DNA of 64,000 bases from Squalus acanthias (Eukaryota): NCBI GenBank assembly GCA_030390025.1, contig CM059432.1, positions 121,584,001 to 121,648,000 on the forward strand. The letters are read 5' to 3'. The notes under the pieces are model-generated. The model searched no databases. It had not been told where the DNA came from and saw only the letters and a list, made by a program, of their open reading frames with translations. How positions within the stretch are numbered: the first letter of the stretch is position 1; every line of letters starts with the position of its first letter. The translations under genes were made by a program, and so were the position numbers. Below, one piece after another: positions 36,141 through 48,392 of this stretch.

Positions 36141-37801
36141 ATTGTTGAAATTGCTCCTCTCTTCTCAACTCAAACTCCTCCAAATTGCATCTTGGGATTG
36201 GCCCTTTAAATACTAGAGTTGAGATCGTGTCATGTGGATCCTCATCACTCCCGCTGCCGCGGATTGGATGGCAAACCCAGAAGTAAAATTATACTGAGGT
36301 GGTGGAGTTAAAACGCCACTGACAGTCGCGCTGAACTTACTTCCGGGTTTCCCATGCGATAGCGGACCCTCAACCCCCGCTCCCTGCGCAGCTCTGCATG
36401 TCTGTTACTCTATCTGCCTCTCATACACTTTCTCATCATGTCCAGCTTTCTACACCCATCTCTCTTATTCTTCTACATGTTTCATGCGCCCTCCTTTTCC
36501 TCTCATGGAGACAGATCACTAATAGCAGGAAAAATGACTGCATCTTCCTCTGAGAGTGGGGGTCGACGGTGTGAATTCTTGAATACGAAGGGCACAACAA
36601 GCTGCAGTGTGAGACTGGCATACAGGTCATATTTGAGGATACAGCTCTGGCTATATCTTTATCTAGATTATTAAATGTAGCACCGAAGCACATGTTTCGC
36701 ACCCATCACATCAGACTTCTACGAAACGCTTCAACATCACATTTCAATGCTGGCTTTTGGGTCATCACACTTTTTGATTAGTTGCACTTAAAGAAAAATG
36801 CAACTTTGTAACAATACTCAGGAAAATCTACCAATTAAAAACAACCCCAAAAAATAAAGCAATCAACTCGCTCAAAGTACTGCTTGAAAGTATTTTGGGG
36901 ACAACGGTATATTTTTGCCCTCAGCTGACTACAGGCTCGAAATGAAGTTTCTTACTTACATAGTGCACAGCAACATGACTAAGCCTACCTGCAAAATGAT
37001 TTTCTTTGACTGAGTACCTCCATTAATGTTACTACTTGGTGACCTCAGCCACTCTCCAGCACCTGGGGGACTTGATATTGTTCCCGAGCTCTCACTCTGT
37101 CAGCTTACCAATTACCCCAGTACCTATAATTCCTGAGATGCCATAGTATGAGCATGTGCACCAGATAGTATTACCCAGCAGGCAGCGGCATGATTCGAAG
37201 TGTGGTGTTGTGTCTCCTCGTGCTATAACAGTATTTATCAGTTCAGTCGGTATTCCAAGTGATTTGAAAAGAAACTGGAAAATTGTAAAAGCGTATCTGC
37301 TGGTACAGTTTCACATTTAAAGTAGCACCAAGTGTTTAGTATTAACTTGAAAAAGAGAGACTAACCCAGAGACAAAGGAAGTCGTAACATTAAATGTGCT
37401 TTCTTTTATTTGTAGTCAGAATTCCACAACAATGATTGTTTACACATAATGCTTATATTTTGTCCAGTACAAATGTCAAATTGTGTGTGGGGAGAGGAAT
37501 AATTCAAACTTAATAAATGCTATATGATTTTATATGACAGGCAGTTCTCTTTTAACTTTGAGGGCTGAAATATTAAAAACCTAGGAAGTCTATGTAACAT
37601 TTTTATGGGATATTACAAAATGATTCTGTCTGATTTGAGGTGGGGGGTTGTGGAAAGGATGTCAGTTTAAATAATGTCAGGAGATGGAACCGGCCAGTTC
37701 GGTACTCCTGAAAGCGGAAAAAAAAATGTTTTGAATTGCAAAGAAACAGTTCAGATTAATTGGGCTGCCACAGGGGGCATTTAAAGAAATGAAAGACTAG
37801 A

Positions 37802-37904
37802 GGGGTGAATTTCCACAGGGGTTCTCCTGCTAATCTGCCATAACTTTGTTTCCGTCATTTTTCCCCCAGCTCTTCTGCCAGAACACCCACGGAAATTCAT
37901 CTCC
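37802..37904. mobile_element. Very short MITE-like element
   Basis: GGGGTGAATTTCC ... GGAAATTCATCTCC inverted ends. Confidence 0.5.
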
Positions 37905-37971
37905 TACTTTAATTAAAAGTTGTTACCAAAAGGCTGACTTGGTTCTCAAGAGCTGCCACTTTTTAAATTAG

Positions 37972-39042
37972 TCGGGATAAATGGGTCATTTTCAGGTTGG
38001 CAAACTGTAACTAGTGGGGTGCCGCAGGGATCAGTGCTGGGGCCTCAACTATTTACAATCTATATTGATGACTTGGATGAAGGGACTGAGTGTAATGTAG
38101 CCAAATTTGCTGATGATACAAAGATAGGTGGGAAAGCAAATTGTGTGGAGGACGCAAAGAATCTCCAAAGGGATATAGGTAGGCTAAGTGAGTGGGCAAA
38201 GATCTGGCAGATGGAGTATAATGTGGGAAAATGCGAGGTTATCCACTTTGGAAGGAAAAATAAAAAAGCAAATTATTATTTAAATGGGGAGAGATTACAA
38301 AATGCGGAGGTACAGAGGGATCTGGGGTTCCTTGTACATGAATCACAAAAAGTTAGCATTCAGGTACAGCAAGTAATTAGGAAGGCAAATGGAGTGTTGG
38401 CCTTTATTGCAAAGGGACTGGAGTATAAAAGTAGGGAAGTCCTGTTACAACTGTACAGGGCGTTGGTGAGACCACACCTGGAGTACTGCGTACAGTTTTG
38501 CTCTCTTTATTTAAGGAAGGATATACTTGCATTGGAGGCAGTTCAGAGAAGGTTCACGAGGTTGATTCCGGAGATGAAGGGGTTGTCTTATGAAGAAAGG
38601 TTGAGCAGGTTGGGCCTATACTCATTGGAGTTTAGAAGAATGAGAGGGGATCTTATTGAAACATATAAGATTCTGAAGGGGCTTGACAGGGTAGATGCAG
38701 AGAGGATGTTTCCCCTCATGGGGGAATCTAGAACTAGGGGGCAAAATTTCAGAATAAGAGGACACCCTTTTAAATCGGAAATGAGGAGGAATTTCTTCTC
38801 TCAGAGGGTCGTGAATCTTTGGAATTCTCTTCCCCAGAGAGCTGTGGAGGCTGGGTCATTGAATATATTTAAGGTGGAGATAGACAGATTTTTGAACTAT
38901 AGGGGAGTCAAGGGTTATGGGGAGTGGGCAGGGAAGTGGAGTTGAGGCCAAGATCAGATCAGTCATGATCTTATTGAATGGCGGAGCAGGCTCAAGGGGC
39001 CAAATGACCTACTCCTGCTCCTACGTCTTATGTTCTTATGTT
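37972..39042 (+). mobile_element. CR1 LINE 3' part with open ORF2 segment 38019-38945
   Basis: [18 protein letters not shown] and LYRALVRPHLEYC; TTCTTATG tail. Confidence 0.95.
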
Positions 39043-39639
39043 CATTTCCTAAGCACATTACTGAAAGCTTACCTCGATCTCAAGGCACAGATAGAGACTC
39101 TTGAAGGTATAGAGAGAGTTGTGAGTCAGTCATGCGATAATGATCTATGATATGAAAGGGGAAGTGATCCAGTCTAAGGTTAGAAAAGACCCAAAATGCT
39201 AATGTGGGCCGTGTGCATGCTTTATTGCTTGCTCAGCCAATCACATTGCACAATTTTGCTAACAATTCCAAGGGGAAATGTTTTCAGTGCAGAACACTTT
39301 CCTTTTTAGCTGTGAAAAAAGTGTTACAGATCAAGGATGTAAAACATAATCAATCGTTGGCCTATCAAAGAGTGGCTCATAGGAGCAGCTTAGACGGGTG
39401 TCTTTCACAGTCCTGGATGCTGCCAAGCAGCTTTATTTCCAGTTTACAAAGATATGTCAATTTAACAAGAGGGCAAGGCGATTAAAAACTGACTTCTTTT
39501 TAACATGCCGATAAGATCTTTAGTAATCATTTGACCACCTAAAAAAAAATCACATTACATTACTAGAATTCTGTCCATCAATAAATGCCCAGTCATAGGA
39601 TGACCAGCACATATGAGCAATGAGATATCTTAGCATGTT

Positions 39640-40231
39640 ATAATCATAGATTATGACAAGAAGGAAGCAGGCCAATTGGCCCATCAAGTCTTCAGTGGTG
39701 TTTAAGCTACACTGCACCTTTTGAATTGCATTATATCGCTCCCTAAAATAGAGTGGCCAAAACTGCAGAGTAATCAAACTGTGTCATAACTAAAGTTTTA
39801 TACAAGTTAAACATTAAATCTTGTTTTTTTTCCATTCTATAGTCTCTGAAACACAAAACCAATGAATTCTATTTGTCTTTTTATGATGTTATCTACTTGG
39901 CTTTAATGATCTGAACACATCAAGGTCCTTCTGTTCCTCAACTCTACTTTAAAACTTACCATTTAAGGATCGTTTCCTTTCCCTATTCTGACTTCCAAAT
40001 TGTATTACTTCATATGTCCATGCGCTGAAATATATCTGCCACATGCTTGCCAATCTATGTCCTCCTACAATCTTTCAGTCTTCCTACCAGAATTTGCCAT
40101 AACCCCCAATATGGTTTCCGCAGAAAATGTTAATATTGGTTTCTCAGTTCCTAAGTCCAGATCATTTAGTAAGTAAAAATGGCCCCAATACAGATTGAAA
40201 ACCATTTGCCACATCATTCCAGTTTGAGAGA
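39640..40231 (-). mobile_element. Old degenerate CR1 fragment
   Basis: Remnants LYKTL..LQFWPLYFRE and an eroded FAD region. Confidence 0.6.
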
Positions 40232-40687
40232 AACTACCTTCTGTAATATTTTGGGATTTTTACCTATATGGGCTGGGACAAATTTTGTTTTAACTCATGT
40301 TATAATATTGATAAAAGATTAGATAGCTCATAAGGGGTTAACTCGCAGAGATACAAAAGCCATTTAATAAGGAATAATGGAATGTTTTTGAGCAGATCCC
40401 ATAGCAGTTCATATCCTGATGCTAGATTGGTCTTCATTCAATGTGCCCCGGCAGGAGGCTTAGCTGAATGGACACTACAGATGCAATGAGCTGCCAAACA
40501 AAAGGGTCAATTTTTTATTCAGGGTGACCACTTTAATTGGCAGCTTGGCAAACCAATCGTAAACACCCAGAGAAAGGGGTCAGAGGATGGTCTTTAATTT
40601 CATCCCTGCCCTCTGGACTGGTAGTCCGAGTCAGAGAGAGGCTCAGAGATCTCATAGTTTAGTCAGTCGGGGAGATTGAGTGACTCC

Positions 40688-41303
40688 GGGTGTGGTTTTA
40701 GCTGAATACTTTAGGCGCTACAAAGGTAAAGAGGTGGCCAAGATGGGATCTTACGCTGAAACGCCGGTTTAGCCTGTGTTTAGCACAAGACGCCATCTTG
40801 GTAAAGGAGTTAAAGCCAGTGCTAGGAACGACCGCCTGGAGGCTTGTTAAACAGCTGATTGCCACTTAAAATGCCTGCTGGCGCTCATTAAAGAGGTTAC
40901 ACAGCATTTTGGTGGCTAGCACTTCAAATAACGCCCTCTCCTAACAGTGACCAGCTGTTTGGGAGTAAACACGGCGTTGATGTCGATTTCAAGCGCTACT
41001 TAAAGGGATACACACCACTTAAAGGGATACTCACCACTTAAAGAGTTACTCACCATTTAATGGTTATTGATGCTGGAGCTGTGAAGAGCACCTCTGAAAC
41101 ACATCGGGAGACTTTCTGGGACACTTTGTCAAGACTTCACCAACACTCGAGTAACATTTATTCCAGAAATTCTCTGGGGACTTCACCTAAAAAGAGTAAG
41201 TGCTGTACGACTCCACCTTATAGGAGTCACCAGGAGAAAGGGAGTGTTTGATCATGGGCATTTTGCTAGGGGTCCCCCTTGGTCTGCAGGAGGAATGGGA
41301 GGA
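40688..41303 (+). mobile_element. Harbinger left end and transposase start, interrupted by provirus A
   Basis: MGILLGVPLGLQEEWE at 41255 resembles the N-termini at 10290 and 24920. 19-bp subterminal tandem repeats (CACTTAAAGGGATAC..) at ~40997-41060. Left boundary uncertain. Confidence 0.55.
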
Positions 41304-44300
41304 TGTAAGGGCTTCGCGTGGCTCTGTGCTTAGCCTGGGTGCTAGTGCGGGATTAGGCCTTGTTGCCTGTTCTGGTCTCCAGCCAGCCTGGTAGCACTAG
41401 ACACCTGTGAGTGGTTCGACCCACTCGCCCTTACGGTTCTGACACTGGACTTAGGTGCAAGAGCAGTAATGCAGAGAAAAACTCAGATAGACCCGTTTGA
41501 ATAGTACGAAATGGAAAATCTTTATTGCATATAGAAACATAGAAACATGGAACAGTACAGCACAGTACAGGCCCTTCGGCCCTCGATGTTGTGCCGAGCA
41601 TTGTCCGAGACCAAGATCAAGCTATCACACTCCCTATCACTCTGGTGTGCTCCATGTGCTTATCCAATAACCGCTTGAAAGTTCCTAAAGTGTCCGACTC
41701 CACTATCACAGCAGGCAGTCCATTCCACACCCCAACCACTCTCTGAGTAAAGAATCTACCTCGGACATCCCTTCTATATCTCCCCCCATGCACCTTATAG
41801 TTATGCCCCCTTGTAACAGCTGCCTCTACCCGAGGAAATAGTCTCTGAACATCCACTCTATCTATCCCCCTCATCATCTTATAAACCTCTATTAAGTCGC
41901 CTCTCATCCTCCTCCGCTCTAAAGAGAAAAGCCCCAACTCCCTCAATCTTTCCTCATAAGACCTCCCCCCCAAACCAGGCAGCATCCTGGTAAATCTCCT
42001 TTGCACTCTTTCCAATGCTTCCACGTCCTTCCTATAGTGAGGTGACCAGAACTGCACACAATATTCCAAATGTGGTCTCACCAAGGTCCTGTACAGTTGC
42101 AGCATAACCTCACGGTTCTTAAACTCAAACCCTCTGTTAATAAACGCCAACACACCATAGGACTTCTTTACTGCTCTATCCACTTGAGTGGCAACCTTCA
42201 GAGATCTGTGGATATGAACCCCCAGATCCCTCTGCTCCTCCACGTTCCTCAGAACCCTGCCGTTGACCCTGTAATCCTTATTCAAATTTTCCCTACCAAA
42301 ATGAATCACCTCGCACTTATCAGGGTTAAATTCCATCTGCCATTTTTAGGCCCAGCTCTGCATCCTATCAATGTCTCTTTGCAGCCTACAACAGCCCTCC
42401 ACATCATCCACTGCTCCACCAATCTTGGTGTCATCAGCAAATTTACTGATCCACCCTTCAGTCCCCTCCTCCAAGTCATTGATAAAAATCACAAACAGCA
42501 GAGGACCCAGCACCGACCCCTGTGGCACACCGCTGGTAACTGGTCTCCAGTCCGAAAATGTTCCATCCACCACCACCCTCTGCCTTCTATGAGATAGCCA
42601 GTTACTTATCCAATTGGCCAAATTTCCCTCTATCCCACAACTCCTTACTTTCTTCATGAGCCGACCATGGGGAACCTTATCAAACGCCTTACTAAAATCC
42701 ATGTATACGACATCAACTGCTCTACCTTCATCTACACACTTAGTTACCTCCTCAAAGAATTCAATCAAATTTGTTAGGCAAGACTTACCCTTCACGAATC
42801 CGTGTTGACTATACCTGATTAAGTTGCCCCTTTCCAAATGGTCATAAATCCTGTCCCTCAGGACCTTTTCCATTATCTTACCAACCACCGAAGTAAGACT
42901 AACCGGCCTATAATTACCAGGGTCATTCCTATTTCCTTTCTTGAAGAGAGGAACAACATTCGCCACTCTCCAGTCCTCTAGCACCATTCCCGTGGACAGT
43001 GAGGACCCAAAGATCAAAGCCAGAGGCTCTGCAATCTCCTCCCTTGCCTCCCAAAGAATCCTAGGATATATCCCATCTGGCCCAGGGGACTTATCGACCC
43101 TCAGGTTCTTCAAAATTGCTAAAACATCTTCCCTCAGAACATCTACCACCTCCAGCCTATCCACCTTTATCACACTCTCATCCTCAAGAACATGGCCCCT
43201 CTCCTCGGTGAACACTGACGAAAAGTATTCATTCATCACCTCTCCTATCTCTTCTGACTCCATGCACAAGTTCCCACTACTGTCCTTGACCGGCCCTACC
43301 CTCACCCTGGTCATTCTTTTATTTCTCACATAAGAGTAAAAGGCCTTGGGGTTTTTCTTGATCCGACCCGCCAAGGACTTCTCATGCCCCCTCCTAGCTC
43401 TCCTAAGCTCTTTTTTTTAGCTCATTCCTTGCTACCTTGTACCCCTCAATCGACCCAACTGAACCTTGTTTTCTCATCCTTACATACGCTTCCTTTTTCC
43501 TCTTGACTAGACATTCAACCTCTTTTGTGAACCATGGTTCTCTCACTCGGCCATTTCCTCCCTGCCTGACAGGGACATACCTATCAAGGATACACAGTAA
43601 TTGCTCCATGAAAAAGCTCCACTTTTCGTTTGTGCCTTTCCCTGATAGTTTCTGTTCCCATCTTATACTCCCTAATTCTTGCCTAATTGCATCATAATTA
43701 CCCCACCCCCAATTATAAACCCTGCCCTGCCGTATGGACCTATCCCTCTCCATTGCAATAGTGAAAGTTACCGAATTGTGGTCACTATCTCCAAAGTGCT
43801 CTCCCACATACAAATCAAACACTTGGCCCGGTTCATTACCCAGTACCAAATCCAACGTGGCCCCAGCTCTTGTCGGCCTATCCACATATTGTGTCAGGAA
43901 ACCCTCCTGCACACACTGTGCAAAAACTATTCATATTGTTCAAGATTATGAAATACATGTCATAAGCACAGATTAATGACAGTACAAGCTTACATACATT
44001 TAGGAAACTAGGTTTAGGGAAACGAGGAGCGCACGACACATCGTAAAAGGGGACACACATTATAATTATCCTTAAAACAAAAACCCTCCCCTATCAATAC
44101 CTGTCCTAATCTAGATCTGTAGGATCGAGAACAATGCTCACCACTCGTGATAACTCGGAGAATTCCGAAACGCTGCTCGGATGTTTTCGCCACAGCACCT
44201 GACTATTCACGTGTTGATCAGGGGTCTCTGTACCCCACTTGTTTACTCGCTTTGCTCCGGCTAGCAGGCTGGACCGTCTGCTGTCATGAAGATCTGTGTT

Positions 44301-45342
44301 GACCTCGGAACTCTGATAAAACTCAAAGAAGAGTCTTCCTGTGCCCGACACCAGTTAGCCGGTAGAATTCAAAGAAGAGTCTTTCTGGACCGACACCAGT
44401 TGGCGGTAGAATTCGTGTGGTAACCTGTAAATGGTCTTTATAGTTCGGGCGCGGTCGGGGTTTACTGACCGCGGCGGCACGTGCAGTCGTCTTCTTCTTC
44501 TTCTTGTCTTGTTTCGTCTCGTCGGGCCTTCGGGTCCCTACACCGTCTACCGACCCTCGGGATGGTGTACCCGCTTACCGGCCTTCGCAGCCCAGCTCTT
44601 CACAGATCTTCGCGGCAAGTCACGAGGTTGACTCCCGGAAGATCAGCGGACCAAGAGCTCGGTGGGCCGCAAACGTGAGCCAGGGGTCGAATCAAGAGAA
44701 AGATGGACGTTTGTTTACTACAGTTATAGTACTGTAATTCTTTATCTCCCGCCCAATCTTAATATTCATCTTTTGTCATGTTTTGGCGCTCAAACTTCTT
44801 GTATGGGGTGGTACTTGTCGTTAATGGGTTTCGGTGATACTTGTAACTGTCTGAGTACCCGTTAATATTTCTCCCCTTGTGGAACCGGCTAGGAGTCTCC
44901 CTGGAGGGGTTTTGGGGGCCTCCGAATTCTTGCTGTGAGTACCCGCGAACGGCTCTCTCATCGTAGAGCCGTGGGGAATTTGCGTATCAATGTCTTTGGA
45001 TGGGCCCCTTGATTGCCCAGTACAATAGCTCTCATTTGTGCATGGAAAACCCGATTCCAGCACTTATATTCCTTGCTTTGGTGTTAAAATGCAAAACGAT
45101 CTCATCTTGTCTTATCTCAATATGCTGAGTCCTGTCCAATCTTGCTGAAATGTTTATTGAAACGCCATCTTGTCTGCCTACTGAAAGTCTAGAACCTTCT
45201 GCCACGAGGCGTGGCGGCCATTTTACAGGCTGCTTGTGTCCGTTTTGAAACCTGACAGCATTTTGCTGAAATAAAGCCGTTTTACGAAACTGTATGTCTC
45301 TTTCTCATTATTTTTAAATCGCGATAATTTGCGAATTCTACA
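41304..45342 (-). mobile_element. 3' LTR of provirus A (45342-43932 and 41532-41304), split by a CR1
   Basis: Starts TGTAGAATTCGC, ends CCCTTACA, preceded by PPT AGGAGGGAC (45351-45343). Homologous to, but clearly diverged from, the B LTR. Confidence 0.92.
41533..43927 (-). mobile_element. CR1 LINE, 5'-truncated, young-looking, inserted in the LTR
   Basis: Long ORF2 pieces (43912-43403, 43374-42346, 42336-41617), ATGTTTCT tail and CATAT duplication. Confidence 0.95.
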
Positions 45343-45789
45343 GTCCCTCCTGTTGATGCGAATAACTCCGCTTATCGTATCAATTAAAAGTGGTGGTGAG
45401 CAACATTATCTCGATTCTCCATATCCAAATATTCCCTTGACTTAAACTATCTAGGGTCTCCGTGTCGTCCTTATTTCCCAGGGAAAAATTACATTCTTAT
45501 AAAACCGTAGGCAGCATTTGCCTTTAACTTACACCGCGTGTATGTCTTCCAGGTGTAACAGGCCGATGCCTCTTGCACCACCTGTATATGCATGTGGTTT
45601 TTTTTTATTCAAGGAAAAGAAAAAGCAAATAATCAAAATAACCATTTTCAACAACACAAAATCAAAAATAATCAGAATAACTCTTAAAATACAGAGTTCC
45701 AAACTTAGTTACAGGTTTTAAGAAAAATAACAATCAGTAAACAATTTCGAGACACACATGGAAAACTGGAGTGACGTCACTCTGGCCGT

Positions 45790-48014
45790 TTACTTGGCGC
45801 TTTCTTCGTGCACGCGCACGTAATGCTCTCGCCACTCTCCCGTGTTTTCCTGTTTTGTGAGGCGCTTGCCCCTCTTGCAGTGCACGACCAATAGGTACAC
45901 TACAATTATTACCTGGCATACAACTAAAATGTGGGAGGCTATTCTAATCCAGGAAGGCACTTCAATGTTGGTGAACAGATCCCACCACGGTGGGATTACT
46001 ATGTCTAGGATCTCTGACCCTATTTCGACGGTCTTTTGCTCAAGGGTATAAAAATGTTTCTGCGTAACCGCAACGGCTTTCAAAAGCTTGGTGAGGTGTT
46101 CAGGGAGAGGGGGAATGAGGTATCCGAAATGCGCGACGAACCACTGCAAGTCGGTAAAATTCTCTTTTACTGTTAGATGAACAGTGGATGGTTCAGGGAT
46201 CGGGACAATTCGCTGCTGTGCCACTTGAACTTCAGCCCTGGGTTTAAAACAGAAACTGCTGTCACTCACCGGACACCAGCTACGGTTTCCATGCTGGTAG
46301 TGTTGCGCTGCAGTGGTAACGCAATATGTTCCACCCCCTATGTATGCCACCTGCGGAGGCACATGATCTTGTGCCATTGCCTCCATGGTGCAATTCATGG
46401 GCTTGGCGCCAGCCGTTCTGAACCTGCACTGTGGCGAATGTGGGCTCCCCCCTGAATGACACCAATGTTCTCTACCCGATATACCGGGGCGGGCTTTGCT
46501 GTGTCGCCCAAAACCAGCATACATAACACTATACCCATAATGGTATGATTTGACCGTCCGCAGTCCACGGGGACTGGGTATGCTTCTGAAGCTAGCCTGA
46601 GCTGGCACGGGCTTAATGCATTCTGAAAAGGGTGGAGCGCCTGCAGGTGTTTGTTACTTATCCAGGACGGGACCAAACCTTGTTTTAAATCCTCCAAATT
46701 ACTGCGGCCCTCGGCCAGTAACCACGCCCCGTATAGTACGCACACCTTGTTCTGCGCAGCTTGATCGGACGCATTCTGATCTTCCCTAATCAGGGCATTT
46801 ACCGTACGCGCGTGTTTCTCCAGCTCAGCTATGATTTCCTTTAAGTGTAGCGTCATGGCCTGGTCCTCGTGTAATTCGGACCCCACTGCCTTATTTTCAC
46901 TTGTGAGGATGTTCTTTAATTGTGTTTTTAAACCATTAACCTGGGTCTGCATCTCCACGTTGTCTAGAGCGTTGACCACAGATGTTCCTGTATTAAAGGC
47001 GGTGAACATATCGTTCACAATACCCCTTCTTTGTCTCCCCACCTGGCCCAAAACTTCGTGTGGTGTGGTGTACAAGCTTGTCTTGTCAATTTCTGCAAAA
47101 TCAAACTCGTAGAATTGTCTAAACATGTTTGTCAACAGGACCTGGTACAATTGTTCCGTCTCTTTGGGGCACCACTCTGGCAACCGCACCTCGGTGAGAT
47201 TTAAAATCACCGAAGCCACCGCGTAATGTACCCCCTGAAATAGTATCTGGTCTGTTGGGACCAGTACCAAACCATTCCCGGGTCCCTTACTGGTTTTAGG
47301 GCACCCGTTTTCCTGAGCCAGAACCACCGGAATCGTGGGCGGGGCCTTGCGTGGGCGCGTAATGAGTTCAGTGGCGTTTACCGGGATCGGAGAGTATGGG
47401 GCCCCGCACCCCCTGGTGCTGACATCCCACCTCATCCCTTTCCTGTTATCCCGCCAATGGTGTACGAAAAATATGGATATACCCTTGGGGCAAACGTGCT
47501 TCGACCCCCACATACATACATAGATTCCCTCAACCGGTTCCCACCATTTGTCCCAACAGACTCTCAATTGTCCATTAGTCCCCGTAATTGTCCGATGGGT
47601 ATTATTACCCAATCGCTCCCACTCGACCGAAGAATTCCTCATATTCCTGCTCAGCTTTCGTAGCCACCACCATCGGCTCAATGGGACATTCCCATTACAA
47701 GTCAAACAAATCCGTTTGCCGACGGTGACGCTGACTCTGAGTGCGATGATCCTCACTTTGGGGCACATCAAAGAAGTCTCTTTATAGGCAAATCCCGATG
47801 TACTGGAATATTCAGTTGAATTCGTTCCCAGCCATCCTGGCCACCTTCCTTTGTGGAAATAAGTGGCGGTCTCCTCAGCCTCTCGCCTCCCGGTCCCATC
47901 TACTGCGATGGGGGCCGTGTCCCCGGAGCATCCAAACACCACGACATCCTTGGTGCGGCCTTGATAGGCCAATCCACATCCAAATGCCGCGAGCACTACC
48001 AGAATCCGTTCCAT
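45790..48014 (-). pseudogene. env: Env of provirus A (127-bp frameshifting deletion at ~46435)
   Basis: Signal peptide MERILVVLAAFGCGLA, furin site RQRR|GIVNDMF, heptad region and TM ILVVCQVIIVVYLLVV. Confidence 0.88.
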
Positions 48015-48392
48015 CCTTCCTTGGTTCCTGTGATCAGATAACATGAGGTAGCCAGCCTCCCAAGAGTCTCTGGCTTTTGTGAAGGGTGAGCGGGTCCCCT
48101 GACCTCGCCTCACGTAAGAAGACATGTGCACTGGATAGATCTTTTAACTAAACCTAATCTAAACTTCCAGTATTTATCTTTTACTTATCAAAATTAAACT
48201 TACAAAACTTACAAACTAAAACTTATCACTTCTCTTATAAACTGTACAGCGCGGCCCGTTCCCAGGGCGGCCTACTCAAATTCTGTGGCTGCTGCCGCAG
48301 GCTTCTCCCAACGGTGGGAGGGCATTGACCCCTCCCTTTGATCTGCCGCAGCCTGTTGCTGCTGCGCTGTGACTGGGCTCTCCCTGGGCTGC

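Larger units (their letters stand above)
32990..36385. mobile_element. Degenerate Harbinger: transposase C-terminus (+, ~33000-33445) and Myb/SANT-like gene (-, ~35777-34030); left end probably ~30376-30660
   Basis: GWLLGDNGY..WLLTP and EQAIGMLKIRFRCLDRSGGALQY; AAPRFTDASLDVLL...QCRKQFND. Convergent layout as in the intact element. Confidence 0.8.

Noticed and set aside
36436..36702. Host coding exon
   Set aside because: No recognisable protein and weak splice signals.
40233..40687. Another LTR beginning TGTAAT
   Set aside because: No matching CA end or TSD found in the window.
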